A DNA stretch of 55,675 nt, filler included, from Sphacelaria rigidula (GCA_964200075.2; 5 parts of 5 records of this genome joined end to end with filler, not necessarily neighbours in it); one strand, 5' to 3'. Positions 1 through 13,124 are shown, counted from the whole stretch's first letter. The notes: a model not told the origin generated them from the letters alone. Translations and numbers: made by a program.

Positions 1-479
1 TCTATGTATATGCGTCACTACTCTTGACTCGCACCCCTACCTGATGCGCACCGTCTCTTTCCCCCCGCTGTCGCTGGCACCTTTTCCACGAACCAGACGA
101 ACCTCCCCCACGGAGACACGATCGAGCTCGACAAGGCCTTGGAGGATGTCGTGTCTAATGTCGCTAGAATCGAGAGTGCCCAGCTGCTCGGCATGATGAG
201 TCGAAGTCTTTTCGATCGTGAGTACCCGCCTAGTGTTGATTGTGTCGGTATCGTCCTCGCGTGGTGCCAAGTAAATGGATACGTTTGGGAGCATCATCCC
301 CACACGGAACAAAATGACGTCCTGTTTGCGCCAGTTTCTAATTTAAAGTTGTTGAAATTCGCCCAGCTGTACTGAAGCGCCCGATTTATCGACTGTAACC
401 TGCCCCCATTAACTCTTGCGATCACCCGTACCCTTCGCCGCTGCCCCCGATCAATCATTTTCGCAGGATCATGCAGAAG

Positions 480-3400
480 ACGTGCAAGACGCATCCCTTT
501 CAAGTGTCGACGCTCGGCGTGACAGCAAATTGCGCAGAGTCAGCGATTTGTGTAGGCCACGTACTGTCCCTCAAGGAGGAGACCACGGATGAGGTAGAGG
601 TGGAGCAGGAGCGGCGGTCTTGGAGTCTACCGAGACCCAGCGTCCGGTTTTCGTTGTACCATTGATTGCTGTTCAGCACAGCATGACGATTTGTTTTTGA
701 TTAGCCAGTTCCAAGTGCTCCCGGTGTTTTGCAGCCAATTTGCTGATGCGATAGTATTTGTTTTCCCGTGTTGATGGCTTATCAGCTATTCTTGATGGGT
801 CCATCGGCACATGTTTCCGAGTGCATTTTCGGTAATCCGATGCGGTTGGCGAGACTCCCTGGCAAAATCGATTTGCTGCAGCTCATAGACGGGAGGCGCA
901 CCATTGGCTTCGTGCAAGAGAATTTGTCATGATCCGCTGCTGTCGAGGGTGAGATCATGGAACAGAATCCAGGGTCCCACCACGTTTTGCCACTTTTCTC
1001 GGCACGAAAAGGCGGGATATCAGCAGTCATATCACACGCGATGACTTGCGCTTTCAAAAACAACGACGGGAACTGCGGCGAAACTGTTGAACAGAAAAGT
1101 GATTTCAAGATATCCACGAGTCCCAAGTCCACACGACAAATGGTGGCATCAACTGCATTTGCGAATGAACTCGGGCACAACCTGGCTAAATCGCATCTTT
1201 TACTCGAACCGCACGACTCACACTACTTTGGAGACATCTTGAACGGTGCATTTTTCCACAAATGCGACCTGTGGGCCAGCGCGCAACATTTTCAAACATT
1301 ATTCTGCCATTCAATTCAGGCAACGGGTGGAAGGAATATTCCAACATGCTACACATGTAAACGTTTCGTCTCATTATCGGAACCGGCGCAGCGAGACATG
1401 TTATGAACAGAACCTCACTCTCAATCGTACTTTCAACGCTCGATTTCACGGAAACATTGTTAGGTTTCCCGGCAGGATTTTGCACCAATGTGCGAGGTAA
1501 GCGTTTTGTCCATGAATGATGCAGACACATCCGGCCGCTGAAAGCCATGAAAAGCCTGCTCTCGATCGTATCGTAGATTCTCAATCTCACAAAAACATTG
1601 TCGTATCTACTAGGCTCAAGGTTAGTTGGCTTCGTCGATGTTGTCGAAGCTGCTCTCCTCTGTTCTTGCTTCTCACTCGATTGTTGCTACACTACGCCGT
1701 CGTTGATGATGCTTATTCTCTACGATTTATAATCTTCTCTACGTCATACCTAAAACATTAGACTAGTCCGTAGTATTTTTGTGTGCCGCTTTTTGGTGTC
1801 GACGTCGTCGTTGTTGTCCATGACACTCGAGTGCTTCTCGGATTTGTCCTTTGCCCGTAATTCCTTGTCGCTGGAAATAGACAATCCTGCTGTTTGCATT
1901 ACTCGGGGTGGTTTAGAAATGAAAGACTTTTGCAGTTGTACCTCTTCCTTTTTACGTACATGTGAATCATCATCGCTGTTAATGTACGCAGGCCATTTTA
2001 CCGATCTACTATTTAGGTACACAGGTGGTCGAACTGATCTCCTGTAATTACTTGCTAGACATGTCTTATTTCAAATATTTTCGCCTAGTAATAAATCTAT
2101 TACACTCTTGATCCCCAGCATCTCTTTCATATACGCTACTCTTGGTCGTGAAGATGGCTGCTGTTGTTCCCGCTTCTTACTTCGCTGGCGAAAATTATCT
2201 TACTTTTAAGGTTATATCTACTCTTATTTTGATATACTTTCTTAGACTTGATCGACGACAACGTGCTTTTACTGCTCTTCTTCTGCTTTCTACGTGAACC
2301 TCGGTCTACTTTTGCTCTCTCACTGACTTGCAAAGTTGTGCCTACGCCCATTGATTTTTCTGATAGTACTGTAGTTGTTAGCGTTGAGCTACTTGAATTA
2401 CCCTCCTGATTGATTTTCATACCTATGCTCCTTAGTATCCCGTTGTTATTCACATTCGTTGAAACTTGAAAATCTCCCCAATCTAGATGTGAATCTGCTG
2501 AAAAAATAGCACTCATGCCCTTTTTGAGGGATTCGTAAGGCGAGAATAAATGTTTCCCTAACTCGGGTACTACAATGGCTGGTAAACACACAGACCTCTT
2601 ATAACGGTATATGTCACTATCGTGTGTACAACTCCTTTACCTGTTCTTTTTAGCAGGTGTCCTGCTGCTTTTCGTATATTCATTGGGGGACTGAACTCAA
2701 CATACTCTGACATTTCCCGCTCAATACCAGGTAGTTATTTACTGTCTACGCAGTGGGTGGCCGCCCCTAGGTCGATTATTACTGAAAACGAGGTTGACAT
2801 GGCTACTTTTCTACTGCGATCATTTATAGGCTATGTAAGAGAGGTAAATCCCATCCCACTTGTAGTCGAATTACCTACTACTGGTGCCGACGATGCACTT
2901 GCATGTAAAACGTGTGTGTTTGTAGGGTCTGAATATGTACTTGTGTCCAGGGTAAGTGTATTTACTTGCTTATATGGATGCTCCACATTGCTATTATTAT
3001 TACTCCCTGTGCGTTCACTCCTATTTTGACTTGTACACCCTATGCTATTATGGTTGTTTATTCTGTATAACATACACCATCTTGTCTATCTACCACTATC
3101 ATTAGACTGCTGTCTAGATCTGCATTCACGCATATAATGACCTATCGTGCCACAAGTGAATCACCTCACTTGGTGTCTTGTTTTCTTCCCAGAATTCTAC
3201 AGGCGATGCTGCAATCATCGCGCTATCACTACCATGTCACTTTTCATTCAAAATATCACGCGCTATTCTGTTTACGTATGCATTGCGTATGGTTGACTCA
3301 ATGTCCTTCAAGCCAAAATTAGGATCGCGTTTGGCGTCATATTTGATTTGTACACAATTTTCCGTTAGCCCTTCTATGATTATATATGTTAACCATTCAT

Positions 3401-4130
3401 CAGTGACGCTCTCTCCGATATGATTTAGCTAATCTTTGAGTTGATAGGTTTGTGTGAGGAATACGTCTGGATCCTCACCCCGTGACATGGTTAAATGATC
3501 CAACTGTCTCATGAGAATACGACGTCTTTGCTGAGACGAGTTCTGGTACTTCGCCATCAGTCCTTCCCCGGATTTTTTAAAATCAGATGTATCAGCGCCC
3601 TGTGGTTCGAACCTCAGCAAATATCTGTTCGCAGGTCCGGTTGTAGCCAGGTACAATATATGAAACTGCACTTTATTGGTGCGATCAAAATCAGCTACTT
3701 CCTGTGCGTTACTGACTACTCTTACATGAGTGTCAGTACTGTCCATTCCAACTGTCGAATCCTGACTTGATGAGACAGCTACTCCCGCTGTCGACGTCTC
3801 CTCTAAGGACGTTTCTGTTCCTGCTCCCGTTGGAATGCTTCTAAAACATGTGGCTATAAGGCTTACTCTTGACGTACTTCTAGCACGGAGCTGCAGAATT
3901 CCTACATCCTCTCGCTGCCTAAGCTCAAAACGTTCTCCGGGACGATTTCTGCCGTTAATAATTTCCGAAATGCCCGGATGTGCCATTGAAACTACTGCCC
4001 GAACGGATCATTTCCACTCGAGGAAATTTGCCCCGTTTAACGTGCGAAGACTCCTGAAGACTTTAGTGAGGAATATTTCTTCAGATATTTTCATTCGACA
4101 CGATCTGTGTTACTTCCATTCATACCTTAA
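480..4130 (-). mobile_element. Degenerate Ty1/Copia LTR retrotransposon internal region (gag, zinc knuckle, protease, integrase; RT not seen)
   Basis: Gag/UBN2-like ...KYQNSSQQRRRILMRQLDHLTMSRGEDPDVF...*LNHIGESVTDEWLTYIIIEGLTENCVQIKYDAKRDP (about 3986-3260). Zinc knuckle [*]FTCGTIGHYMREC (about 3163-3122, first Cys mutated to stop). WCMLYRINNHNSIGC motif. Protease-like IIDLGAATHCVD...IVVPELGKHLFS (about 2780-2540). Frameshifted integrase motifs SDNET and EYSFHPLPELNG (about 1385-1305). Many stops and frameshifts; boundaries approximate. Confidence 0.85.
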
Positions 4131-5688
4131 TGTTTCTTCACCTCAGATTTCTTCTTCTTTCTTCCCTGCTGCAGTTTGACAACGGTCGACGGTCAACTCG
4201 ACAGGAACAATCGGTTCAACTGGTGAACCCAGCTCTGACAAGAGAGCTCGCAGAGGCTGCACAGTGTTGCTTGAAACACTTGCTTGTGCAATGAGAAAAA
4301 TATCGTTCAAACTTGGCGCTTCATCCGGCCGAACTCAAATCAAACATAACCAGTCTCTACTCCATCCATAGAATACTGATGACAAGCTGGTAGGCTTACA
4401 GGAGTTGGGTTGCTTTGGACAGTAAATAGCGTAAGGCTATGTCACTCTGTCGACAAACCGTTTGGGCACTGTAAAACTGTTTATCTGAACTGTTGACACC
4501 TCAGACTTTCTGTACACGAGCTATACAATACATGAGCTGTTCATTCTTCTACGGTAAATATTCCTACGATCTTTGTTCTAACGATGAACCTCAACTGGTT
4601 TTACCGCCAATCTCGAGTATGTTTATTCGGAACTGTTTTTTTCTGAAATTCCGACATTGCAGTTGAAGGGGTTATATCCTGTATTCCGATGAGAGGCACC
4701 TAGGCATGCCCATGCCCTGACTTCATCGGCTACTCACTATCTCCCAATGCGGGTACGTTAATATTACAGCTTGTGCCTTGGATCACTTTGCCTTGTCTGC
4801 ACTATCCTGCGCGGCAGCTGTACGTGATGACTATCGAGCCAATCGATCACGCTAGCTAGCGATCGATCGGTTGACTCGGTACCATGACAAGTGCCGACGG
4901 ACGGCCCGATACGACTGCTCGGAGGGAGCTCAGTCGCGAATAAAATGGAGATCAAGTATATCGATAAACTGAGTTATTAGTACAAACGATGCCAGCAAGA
5001 CTCATGTCTTTGAGCGAAGACAACAGTCACAGGAATTGACGAAAAAAAGAAACAACGTTAGGAAATGGCGGAAGCTGCTCAAGATGAGGAGCCAGCTGCT
5101 GCTGGTACGCACAGGGACGTTGGCCCAGCGGTAGCAACAGTGGGCAGGGCAGCTCGAAGACCTGCACGGAGATCAAGTAGTAGAGGAGTTGGACACGGAC
5201 TCGGTAATCGGACACGCTCTGGCGGCGTTCGACTAGGAGACGGGATCCAAGACGTGCACGAGAGTGCAGTAGGTGAATATCTCCATGTAGTAGGGCAGTC
5301 AGCGTTTGGTGTAGGCGGTCGTCGGTTGGCTTTGTTCGGGTGGTATTTTTCCGCGATGCATCAGATTATGCGAAATATGTACAGTCGCAGGGGCCTGATG
5401 GTGAAACGAATTATTTTGTGGAGGTCGTCATTTTGTATGTGCGGAGAGATTTCTCCTAAGACGTGTAAACCAGACGAAAGCCGTTAAAGATGCAGTACTA
5501 AATGTAGACTGCGCGAGAGGCCTGCAACTCTCAAAGCTGTACAGCTTACTCTGGGACCCTGGGTAAGAGCATCTTGTCGGATAAACACTCGACTACGGTC
5601 AATCCTTGCCCACATAACACGAGGAAAATCATCGGTCACCCTTGGTGGTTGCTACCGTCCACCGCAGGTCTCGCGATCTTCGCAATTT

Positions 5689-5940
5689 GAGTCATCCTAC
5701 GATAGGGGGGGGGGTATTTTGGGCCATTTGTTGCTCCAAATTTCGAGTCATAACGTCGTTGAAAGCAGCAACGATTGTATTCGAACAAGCTTGTTGTGGA
5801 TCAATAACGCTCATCCATACTGCCTTACACCGTTTGGAACCAAATACAAGCGCAGCGCAAGTTTGGAAGGATGTCTGACACACTCATGAGCCTCTTTTTT
5901 CGTGCAACCAAATACCCTCTCCCCTGTTGTAGGATGACTC
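5689..5940. mobile_element. MITE with GAG...CTC termini and 4-bp TSD (Sola-like)
   Basis: TIR GAGTCATCCTAC...GTAGGATGACTC, flanked by ATTT at 5685-5688 and 5941-5944. A second copy lies at 10209. Confidence 0.85.
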
Positions 5941-6671
5941 ATTTATCGAATCTCATGTTTTCCATTCTTGGCTCATCTGATGTGAAACTGTTGCGCTCTT
6001 CGGAAAAGCTTGGCGACTGGGCTATGTGGCGGAGAATTGCATTAATTCACCTTTCTTAATTTTGTCATGAGGTGGCGTTGGCTATGGGTTTACATGTACG
6101 AGCCTGTCCCATGATACCATCTGCGAGGTTAGCGATGCTCAGCATTTGCACAGGCAGATTATAGCCACCGAGATGGTAAATCAGTTTTTGTCGGGGGCAA
6201 TGACAGACGGTGTCAGCATGCAGATTGTTCTACGATGTGGAGCGTCTTCACTTGCCTAGTCACAGCTAGAGAATCACTACTCCCCAGTTCCTCTAGGTGC
6301 TGATGTGGCGTAGTCTGGGAGTTCAATAACATGCAGCACAAAGCGGAGGCTGACCCAGAAGTTATGCCCCTCACGATCGAGACTATTGCCGCGGAGATGT
6401 ATGCGAGTGGGTGTGGAGTATCATACAAGGTAGTCCACTGTAAAGACTGTGTCAGTGCTGCCTGCTGCATGTGACACATTTCTTGACCCCATGAAGGGTC
6501 GGATGGTTCTCGAAGAAGCCAACCGTCGATTGTAACGGGTATAAACCGTTCAAGCAAGGAATGTTCGATTGTGAAGAGAGAAAGATGTACTACAGTACCC
6601 CTGAATACTGTTATATGTGTTTCATTTCCAGCCATATTCTGCAAAAAACGGTGTAATTGTTTCTCGTCATG

Positions 6672-6897
6672 CCGGTCGCCCCGATGGGTCAGTTGGTAAC
6701 CTCGTAACCTTCTTCTGATGGTTGAGTAGGGGGGTTTGATTCCCGGAGTGATGTGTAATCTCTTCTCACACCATCCTCAACAGTGGAGAGCGACTATGTC
6801 GTGGGTACACAAAGTTCGACTTAACGGTTGACGAGGGAAAGAGACTGCTGAACCCCTCTCGCGATAAAATAAGAGAGGCAAGCACCGCAGAAGGAAG
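6672..6897 (+). mobile_element. tRNA-derived SINE (family A), 3'-truncated
   Basis: CCGGTCGCCCC head with A-box-like GGGTCAGTTGG and degenerate B box. The body CAGTGGAGAGCGACTATGTCGTGGGTACAC...TCGCGATAAAA...GCAAGCACCGCAGAAGGAAG is shared with other copies. Confidence 0.8.
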
Positions 6898-7500
6898 CTC
6901 CTCCTACGAAATGCTCAACACTACTGAAAGTAATATCTTTTGAGGCCCTTAAGGCTGAAAAGGCTTCTACTAATCCTAAATACAAAAGTGTCCGTCCTGT
7001 CCTATTCTATCCGTCCGGACCTCATTACGGAGCTCCGAATCACGCACTTCTTTTCCTCAAATTGATTCGAAGCCGCGCTGCGCGAAACAACCATCCCATC
7101 GCTCTTCTAACATCAATCGAGGAGCCCTCGACAAGCTTTTGCTTCATTGGTGCCCATGGCGTTGTGTGTCGCTTCTGTCTCTGGGCACACTCGAGAACAC
7201 CCTCAATTCGACCCCTTTTGAGCAGAGCCATTCTTGATTGAACTTCTCAGACTTGACTGTCGCAACTTCAATGGAAGCACTTCTGGAGATTGGAGGCATC
7301 ACACGCAGCAAAGGGCTCTCCGAATCACTTTAAACACCCTCAAGAAGGTTCAGCTTCATTGCTGCTTTCGCCGTTGTCTTCGCTTGTGCGTGCCGACGCC
7401 GTCCGTGGCTGACGCGGAGGGGGTGTTAAAGTATGTGATCGACTTCCTGGTTCATTATCTCGTGAAGCGTTGCGTGAGGATAGAGGAGAGAGCAACCATG

Positions 7501-7972
7501 AACCGGCCAGGAAATCATAGCCAACTTCTATCAAGGTGAGTCTCCCCGTTAGACAGTGTAGAACTACAGGCATTACTGACATCACCGCTGCCGAATGCGG
7601 GCTCTTTTGTGAGCAGAGTATGTGCATTTGTATCGTTGTACTTTCTGTAGTGTATTTGCAAAGTACAGGAGTCTAATGTGTTCGCGAGTACAGCCTGTAG
7701 TTGTAACCTTACACTACTGAGCTGTCTGTGCATCGGAGGTTGGATGCATCAACCGGCCAGGAAATCATAGCCAACATGTGTTAAGGTGAATCCTCCCGTC
7801 AGACGGTGTAGAACTACAGACATTGCCGACATCACCGCTGCCGAATGCGAGCTTTTTTGTGTGCAGACTATGTGTACTTATATCGGTGTGCTTTCCTGCT
7901 GTGTATTTGCAAAGTACAGGAACCTAATGTGTTCGCGAGTATAGCCTGTATTTGTAAGCTTGCACTACTGAG
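7501..7972. repeat. Tandem duplication, 250-bp unit, two diverged copies
   Basis: AACCGGCCAGGAAATCATAGCCAAC starts at 7501 and 7751, and similarity continues to CACTACTGAGC. Confidence 0.9.
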
Positions 7973-8059
7973 CGGATAAAAAGTGTTGACGCCGGACCCT
8001 GGTGCAATGGTAACATTTTATGCTGCACTGCGCTACAGTCTGTGTGTATCATAACAGAT

Positions 8060-8400
8060 AATACTGTACTATCCTACACTCTGCTGTTACTGTACTTAAA
8101 GGGCGATAGATGGCTCTGCACTCGTGACCTCTTGTCGCACACTATGTACTGTTCTCGCAATACCGACTGTATCGTCATGTATTGCCACACGGCATTACCG
8201 TGTACTGTGATTGTGGAGTGTGCTGCACTGCATTAGACCCTAGGGTACCACGGTACGACGATGCTCTTGAAAGACGATCCACTGCCTGCCTGTCCTTCGG
8301 CTTCATTGTGACACCACACCCCCGCAGAAAATGATCCTCCGCGTACAGATCAACTTCAACGAATCTGTGAAACCATGATACAGGCGTACACACGAATCTG
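8060..8400. repeat. Dispersed repeat, unclassified (second copy about 18550-18880 on another contig)
   Basis: Colinear similarity, e.g. ACTGTTCTCGCAAT.CCGACTGTA...GTGTACTGTGATTGTGGAGTGT...CCCTAGGGTA.CA.GGTACGACG in both copies. Confidence 0.85.
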
Positions 8401-8654
8401 AGTTTCGTGATTCTGAGTCTCCCCGATTTGGCACAGATTGGGGTCCCGCCAATTTCGGGATTGGCTGCCGCATACACGTTGGTCTAACGCCTCAGATTTA
8501 GAAAAAGTGGGCTCCCGAATATAAAAAACGACGCGGGATCGGTCATGACAAAAGGTGTGGGTGGATTCTTATTTCCCCTATATGGGTGAAGATACTTTTT
8601 TCGCCGAGGGGAGGGCTAACACAGGGGTTTTGCATTAGTTCTTTTGAGCACTCC

Positions 8655-9223
8655 ACCTTCCTTCTGCGGTGCTTGCCATTCTTTTCACCGAAAAAAGGAT
8701 TCAGCGGCCCCTTCCCTCGTCGACCGTGAAGTCGAACTTTGTGTACGCATGACATAGTCGCTCTTCACTCTAGCCGGTCGCCCCTGTGGCTCAGTTGGTA
8801 ACCTCGACACCTTCTGACGATTGGGTCGTGGGTTCGAGTCTCGGAACGATCTGTTTTTTTTTCTTCTCACATCCAACAGTGGAGATCGACTATATCGTTG
8901 GTACACCAAATTCGACTCAATGGTCGACGAGTGAAAGGGACTGCTGAACGCCTCTCGCGATAAAAAATAAAGGCAAGCACCGCAGAAAGAAGGTGGAGAA
9001 CTGAACAAAACAAAAACGAAAATCTCCTGTGTTGGCCTTCCTCCTGTGTGACCCTGGCTGGTGCGCCCACATATACCGAAAGGTGTAGACTGGTGTCCAG
9101 AATAGACCGGATGACAACATACTCTTGGGCATGATGTGAGAGAAAATCCCAGGTCGTCCCGGGATTCGAACCCACGTCACAACCAGGTTCCGAGGTTACC
9201 ATCTGAGCCACCGGGGCGACCGG
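8655..9223. mobile_element. Cluster of three SINE family A copies: partial (-) about 8655-8770, near-full (+) 8774-9120, head (-) about 9128-9223
   Basis: A box TGGCTCAGTTGG and B box GGTTCGAGTC in the + copy. Reverse-complement head GGATTCGAACCC...CTGAGCCACCGGGGCGACCGG at 9161-9223. Confidence 0.85.
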
Positions 9224-9621
9224 CTACTGCTGTGTGTTCCTGAATCCTGTCACCTCAGTGACACTTTCATACCGGTACCCGACAGTTTTGTAAATTCTGC
9301 AAGTCCATCATACCCCTGGTCGACAATTCTGTAAGGTCTGTAAGCCTCCTATAACCCCAACCCGGGGTCAGGGTATACTCTTGTGCGTATATCCGATGCA
9401 GGCAGGTTCCAGGTATATCTCCGGGGGAGGTATAAATAATGATTCAATCCCTGCGCAGTCTGATAACTTATATTTGTTCCCTAACCCCCATCGATCAAAC
9501 CCCCCTCGTTCACTCAAAACCATACATCCATCGAAATATTTTTTTGTAGCGTTTCGTACACTGACGGGTTACGGGGTACCGTTGAGTGATAAAGCGGAAC
9601 ATGGAAAGCAATACAGACCAA

Positions 9622-9985
9622 CCGGTCGCCCCGGTGGCTCAGTTGGTAACCTCGAAACCTTCTTACGGTTGGGGCGTGGGTTCAATTCTCGGAACGATCC
9701 GGGATTTTTTCTGACACCATGCCCAACAGTGGAGAGCGACTATGTCGTGGGTACACAAAATACGACTTAACGATCGATGAGGGAAAGGGAATACTGAACC
9801 CCACTCGCGATAAAAATAAAACGCAAGCACCTCAGAAGAAAGGTGGGGTACCAAAAATAAATTAAAAAGAAAAATCTTCCATGTTGTTTACCTTCCTCCT
9901 GTGTGACCCCGGCTGGTGCACCCACATATACCGACAGGTGTAGACTGGCGTCCCGAATAGAAGGGACGACAACACACACACAACA
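9622..9985 (+). mobile_element. tRNA-derived SINE family A, full length with CA-rich tail
   Basis: CCGGTCGCCCCGGTGGCTCAGTTGGTAACCTCG head and a 3' end GGTGTAGACTGGCGTCC...GACAACACACACAC. Confidence 0.85.
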
Positions 9986-10208
9986 GACACACCATCGGGG
10001 TGGATCATTCCTAGACACGAGTGGTGGATCGAGTGGGGGCGATTCATCTGCGCCACCAGCGGTATCAAGTAGCAAGGTGCAGGTCATCGAATTTGATGGT
10101 GGTGGTGTCCAACCCCGTGTTATGTAGGATACGGTTTGTTGTATACCCGGGGTATCTTGCGGGATATTATCCCTACCCGACAGTTATGTAACTTCTGTAA
10201 GACTTTCA

Positions 10209-10452
10209 GAGTCATCCTACGATTGGGGGGGGGGTATTTAGTTGCACGAAAAGAGAGGCTCATAGGTGTGTCAGACGACCTGCCACACTTCCGTTGAGCT
10301 TGTATTTGGTTTCAAACGGTGTCATGCAGTATGGATGAGTGTTATCGATCCACATCAAGCTCGTTCGAGCAACTGTTTCTCCTTTCAACGACGATTACTC
10401 TCGGAATTTTGTGCAAGAAATGGCCCAAAATACCCCTCCCCCTATGGTAGGA
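10209..10452. mobile_element. Second copy (inverted) of the GAGTCATCCTAC MITE, one TIR truncated
   Basis: Starts GAGTCATCCTACGATTGGGGGG; the body is the reverse complement of 5689-5940. Confidence 0.8.
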
Positions 10453-11056
10453 AGTGGCAAAACCAGAGAATAAAGCAACTCATTGTAAGCTGTGCAAGAT
10501 AATCAGTAGGCTCCGGGCCGAACAATCTTAGCAGGATGCAGCTCACCCTTCATGCGACTCGCCGAACACACCACGACACGGCGCTCCACGCTTAGTGGTT
10601 GAGTGCGATCCTGGTCCGGTGAAAACCCAGCGTGCTCCGTCCCGGCTTTGTAGGGATGCGAGGTCAATGGTCTCATGCCGTATGTATGATCATGATTACA
10701 CCCCCTTCCCCCCTATTCTGTCTGCTGACGTGCGCACGCAAAAACAACATTCAGCGTGATGAGCGGAGGGCGAGCGTCGCCACTATCGCCGCACGTGTTC
10801 CGCGGAGGATTCAAGCTGCCTAAGCAGATGAAGTCGCCGCTGCATGCCCCCTGCGACGGCAGCAACCAATCTCCCGACGGCATTGGACATACGTCGGCGC
10901 TGCTGCACAAGTGTCCGACGATGACCGGCCTCTACCCTAGAATCCACGACAAAAAGGGTGAAGGATGGGACGGGCAAACACGTGTCCCAAAAAAAAACCC
11001 CCACCAACACCCACCCCCCTGAATACCACAGGTCGCCATTGCACTCGCCCCCCCCC

Positions 11057-11156
11057 NNNNNNNNNNNNNNNNNNNNNNNNNNNNNNNNNNNNNNNNNNNN
11101 TTAATTAATTAANNNNNNNNNNNNNNNNNNNNNNNNNNNNNNNNNNNNNNNNNNNN
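11057..11156. other. Artificial contig linker N44-TTAATTAATTAA-N44
   Basis: Identical 100-nt spacer; the 12-mer gives stop codons in all six frames. Confidence 0.98.
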
Positions 11157-11194
11157 CCCTCCCTCCCCGCCCCGTTTACCTGTTGCTTCACCAG

Positions 11195-11423
11195 CCTGAT
11201 GTTCATCACGATGTGCCACGGAACGTGGAATTATCTGTCTGAGGTCGAAGTGCTGAAGCCGTACCTGTACTCTTGGCGCGAAGACAACTTTTGGCTGCAC
11301 ACAGTCGGCGGGTGGACAATGGGAATCTGGGTCATTTTGCACGTCTGGTCGCTATTCCTGCCATCGATTTTTAACGGGTATCAGAACGTCGTGGTCGGCG
11401 GCACCTTCAGTATTCCGGCACAG
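11195..11423 (+). CDS. Exon A of ferric reductase/NADPH oxidase (FRD)-like membrane protein; gene 5'-partial
   Basis: CCAG acceptor and CAG|GT donor. LMFITMCHGTWNYL...WLHTVGGWTMGIWVILHVWSLF has a His pair 14 residues apart in a hydrophobic helix. Confidence 0.75.
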
Positions 11424-11981
11424 GTACTCTTGGCTAGCAGTAACGGTTGGTTGCGACGGTTGATGGTGAGCGGGGTAGTCGTTCGCCGTAGATGGAAGAG
11501 CTTGAAAACTGTTGCTCTCATGTGCATTTACGCCCTATTGTTCGCGCTAGGTTCTGCCAATTTTTCATTGGTCAATTGCCACCTCAACTGTTTCGGTATT
11601 GACGATAACAATTTCTGCAGCTTTGTTGTGGGAAATAGACGTGCATTGCCCATCGTACGAAAGTGTGCACCACGCAAGGCAGTTGCAATGACGGGTGGGC
11701 ACGACACTCAGGTTCGGGTCAAACGTTAACGTCAAGATGACTTCCCAGCAGATGAACTTGGTAGACAGCGGGCGACAGCGGTTGATTCGGAAAATCCGAT
11801 GAACACTGTAACCATTGGTATTCCTCTACCCCCTTGATGACTTCACGTACGGATGGCATGAAACAGGGATAAAGTAGATCGTGATGACGACGCTGATATG
11901 AAGCCAGACAACGTAGATGTGGTGATAACCAAATCATGCTGCGTAATGTATGCGATCCCCACATTTGCTCAATTGTTGCAG

Positions 11982-12152
11982 ATTGCCTTGGATCGAAGCC
12001 AAATTGACAACGACGAAAAGCAGGCCAATTGGGGCTACGACGACATCTGGCGTATCTTCTGGATGACAGTCATTTTCGGTGGACTCATACCCCTCTCACG
12101 ATCTACCTGGGCACTCAAGATCAACCACTCACTTGCCATGTGGCTCCACATG
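11982..12152 (+). CDS. Exon B of FRD-like gene
   Basis: TTGCAG acceptor, ATG|GTAGGC donor, phase 0/0. Encodes IALDRSQ...DDIWRIFWMTVIFGGLIPLSRS...AMWLHM. Confidence 0.75.
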
Positions 12153-12493
12153 GTAGGCGTGCTGTAGAAATTACCGATTGGTGTGCACACGGTACTTGTT
12201 TGGGGGTAGATGTTCCTACAGATCGTTTGCGATGTACTGAAGGGGTATGCATTCTCTTTTCGGGACACGTTATTCCATCTCCGACATCGTTTTTACAAGT
12301 CGGAGGGGGGTCTCCCTCATCTGAAGTGAAAACTGTTCAGTGCCTGTACACCAACGAGGAGCCACACGTACCGATGTCTTATCGCTTAACATCGCCCTCC
12401 TGTTCTCGGTATCGCTGTTATTGTGTGGCGGAATTCTTCCTCACCCGCTTCAATGCGTCCACGCACAACCCACATCTCATTTGTGCTTCGCAG

Positions 12494-12618
12494 CTCGTAG
12501 GTGTGGGGTTTTTCTTCGACAGCTGGAGGCGCAGGACCCACCCGCATGTTTGGATCCTGAACACCCCGTTTGTCCTCTGGTGGTTGGCTGACAAAGTCGC
12601 GTGCGCAAAATGGCACAG
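12494..12618 (+). CDS. Exon C of FRD-like gene
   Basis: TCGCAG acceptor, AG|GTGAGC donor, phase 0/2. Encodes LVGVGFFFDSWRRRTHPHVWILNTPFVLWWLADK, resembling the last transmembrane helix (W..D[RK]). Confidence 0.75.
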
Positions 12619-12829
12619 GTGAGCCGCCGAGTGTTCCTTCACAGGGAAAGGCACTGAACACGGTCGTAGGTGGTGATGCTGTAATGACGGACGCACCATC
12701 TCACATTCATCGTGATGCTTGAGCGGCGCAAAACATGAATCGAGCCACGAAGGGTGCATGCGCAACAAACTACTTACATACTCGTTCGTATTTGGCCATC
12801 ATCCGCCCGTGGGGCTCGATATCTGTTAG

Positions 12830-12946
12830 GGTGGATCCTACTGCGGAGGCGACAAGGATCATGCTGGATGACGAGTACATGCTGCTGCTGTGGAAGGATG
12901 TTGATATTCCAAGGCGCATCTGCGATATCTTCTGGCTCAAGTTGAG
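12830..12946 (+). CDS. Exon D of FRD-like gene
   Basis: GTTAG acceptor, AG|GTAC donor, phase 2/2. Encodes VDPTAEATRIMLDDEYMLLLWKD...DIFWLKLR, consistent with the start of the FAD-binding barrel. Confidence 0.7.
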
Positions 12947-13124
12947 GTACGACTTCATCATCTGTGCTGCTCAGTGCAGGTAGTATGCGAACAAGTTGAA
13001 CTTGCAAGCGCATGAAAAAAACGGCAGAGCCGACAGCGGGCCGCTTCACGTGCACCGTGTTGACACATTGACTTCCAAACATGCATCAACAGTGCTTGAT
13101 TCTCTACTCGAATGAATCCAGTAG

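Noticed and set aside
4130..4960. LTR/PBS of the first Copia
   Set aside because: No paired LTR or convincing PBS could be identified within the contig.
8774..8850. tRNA genes (also 6672, 9622, 24365, 28850, 48067, 55580)
   Set aside because: A and B boxes are present but the cloverleaf stems are broken, and most heads run into a shared repeat body, so these are SINEs.
11424..11729. C-terminal half of ORF 11199-11729
   Set aside because: Read-through past the donor into an intron; the homologous reading continues at 11982.
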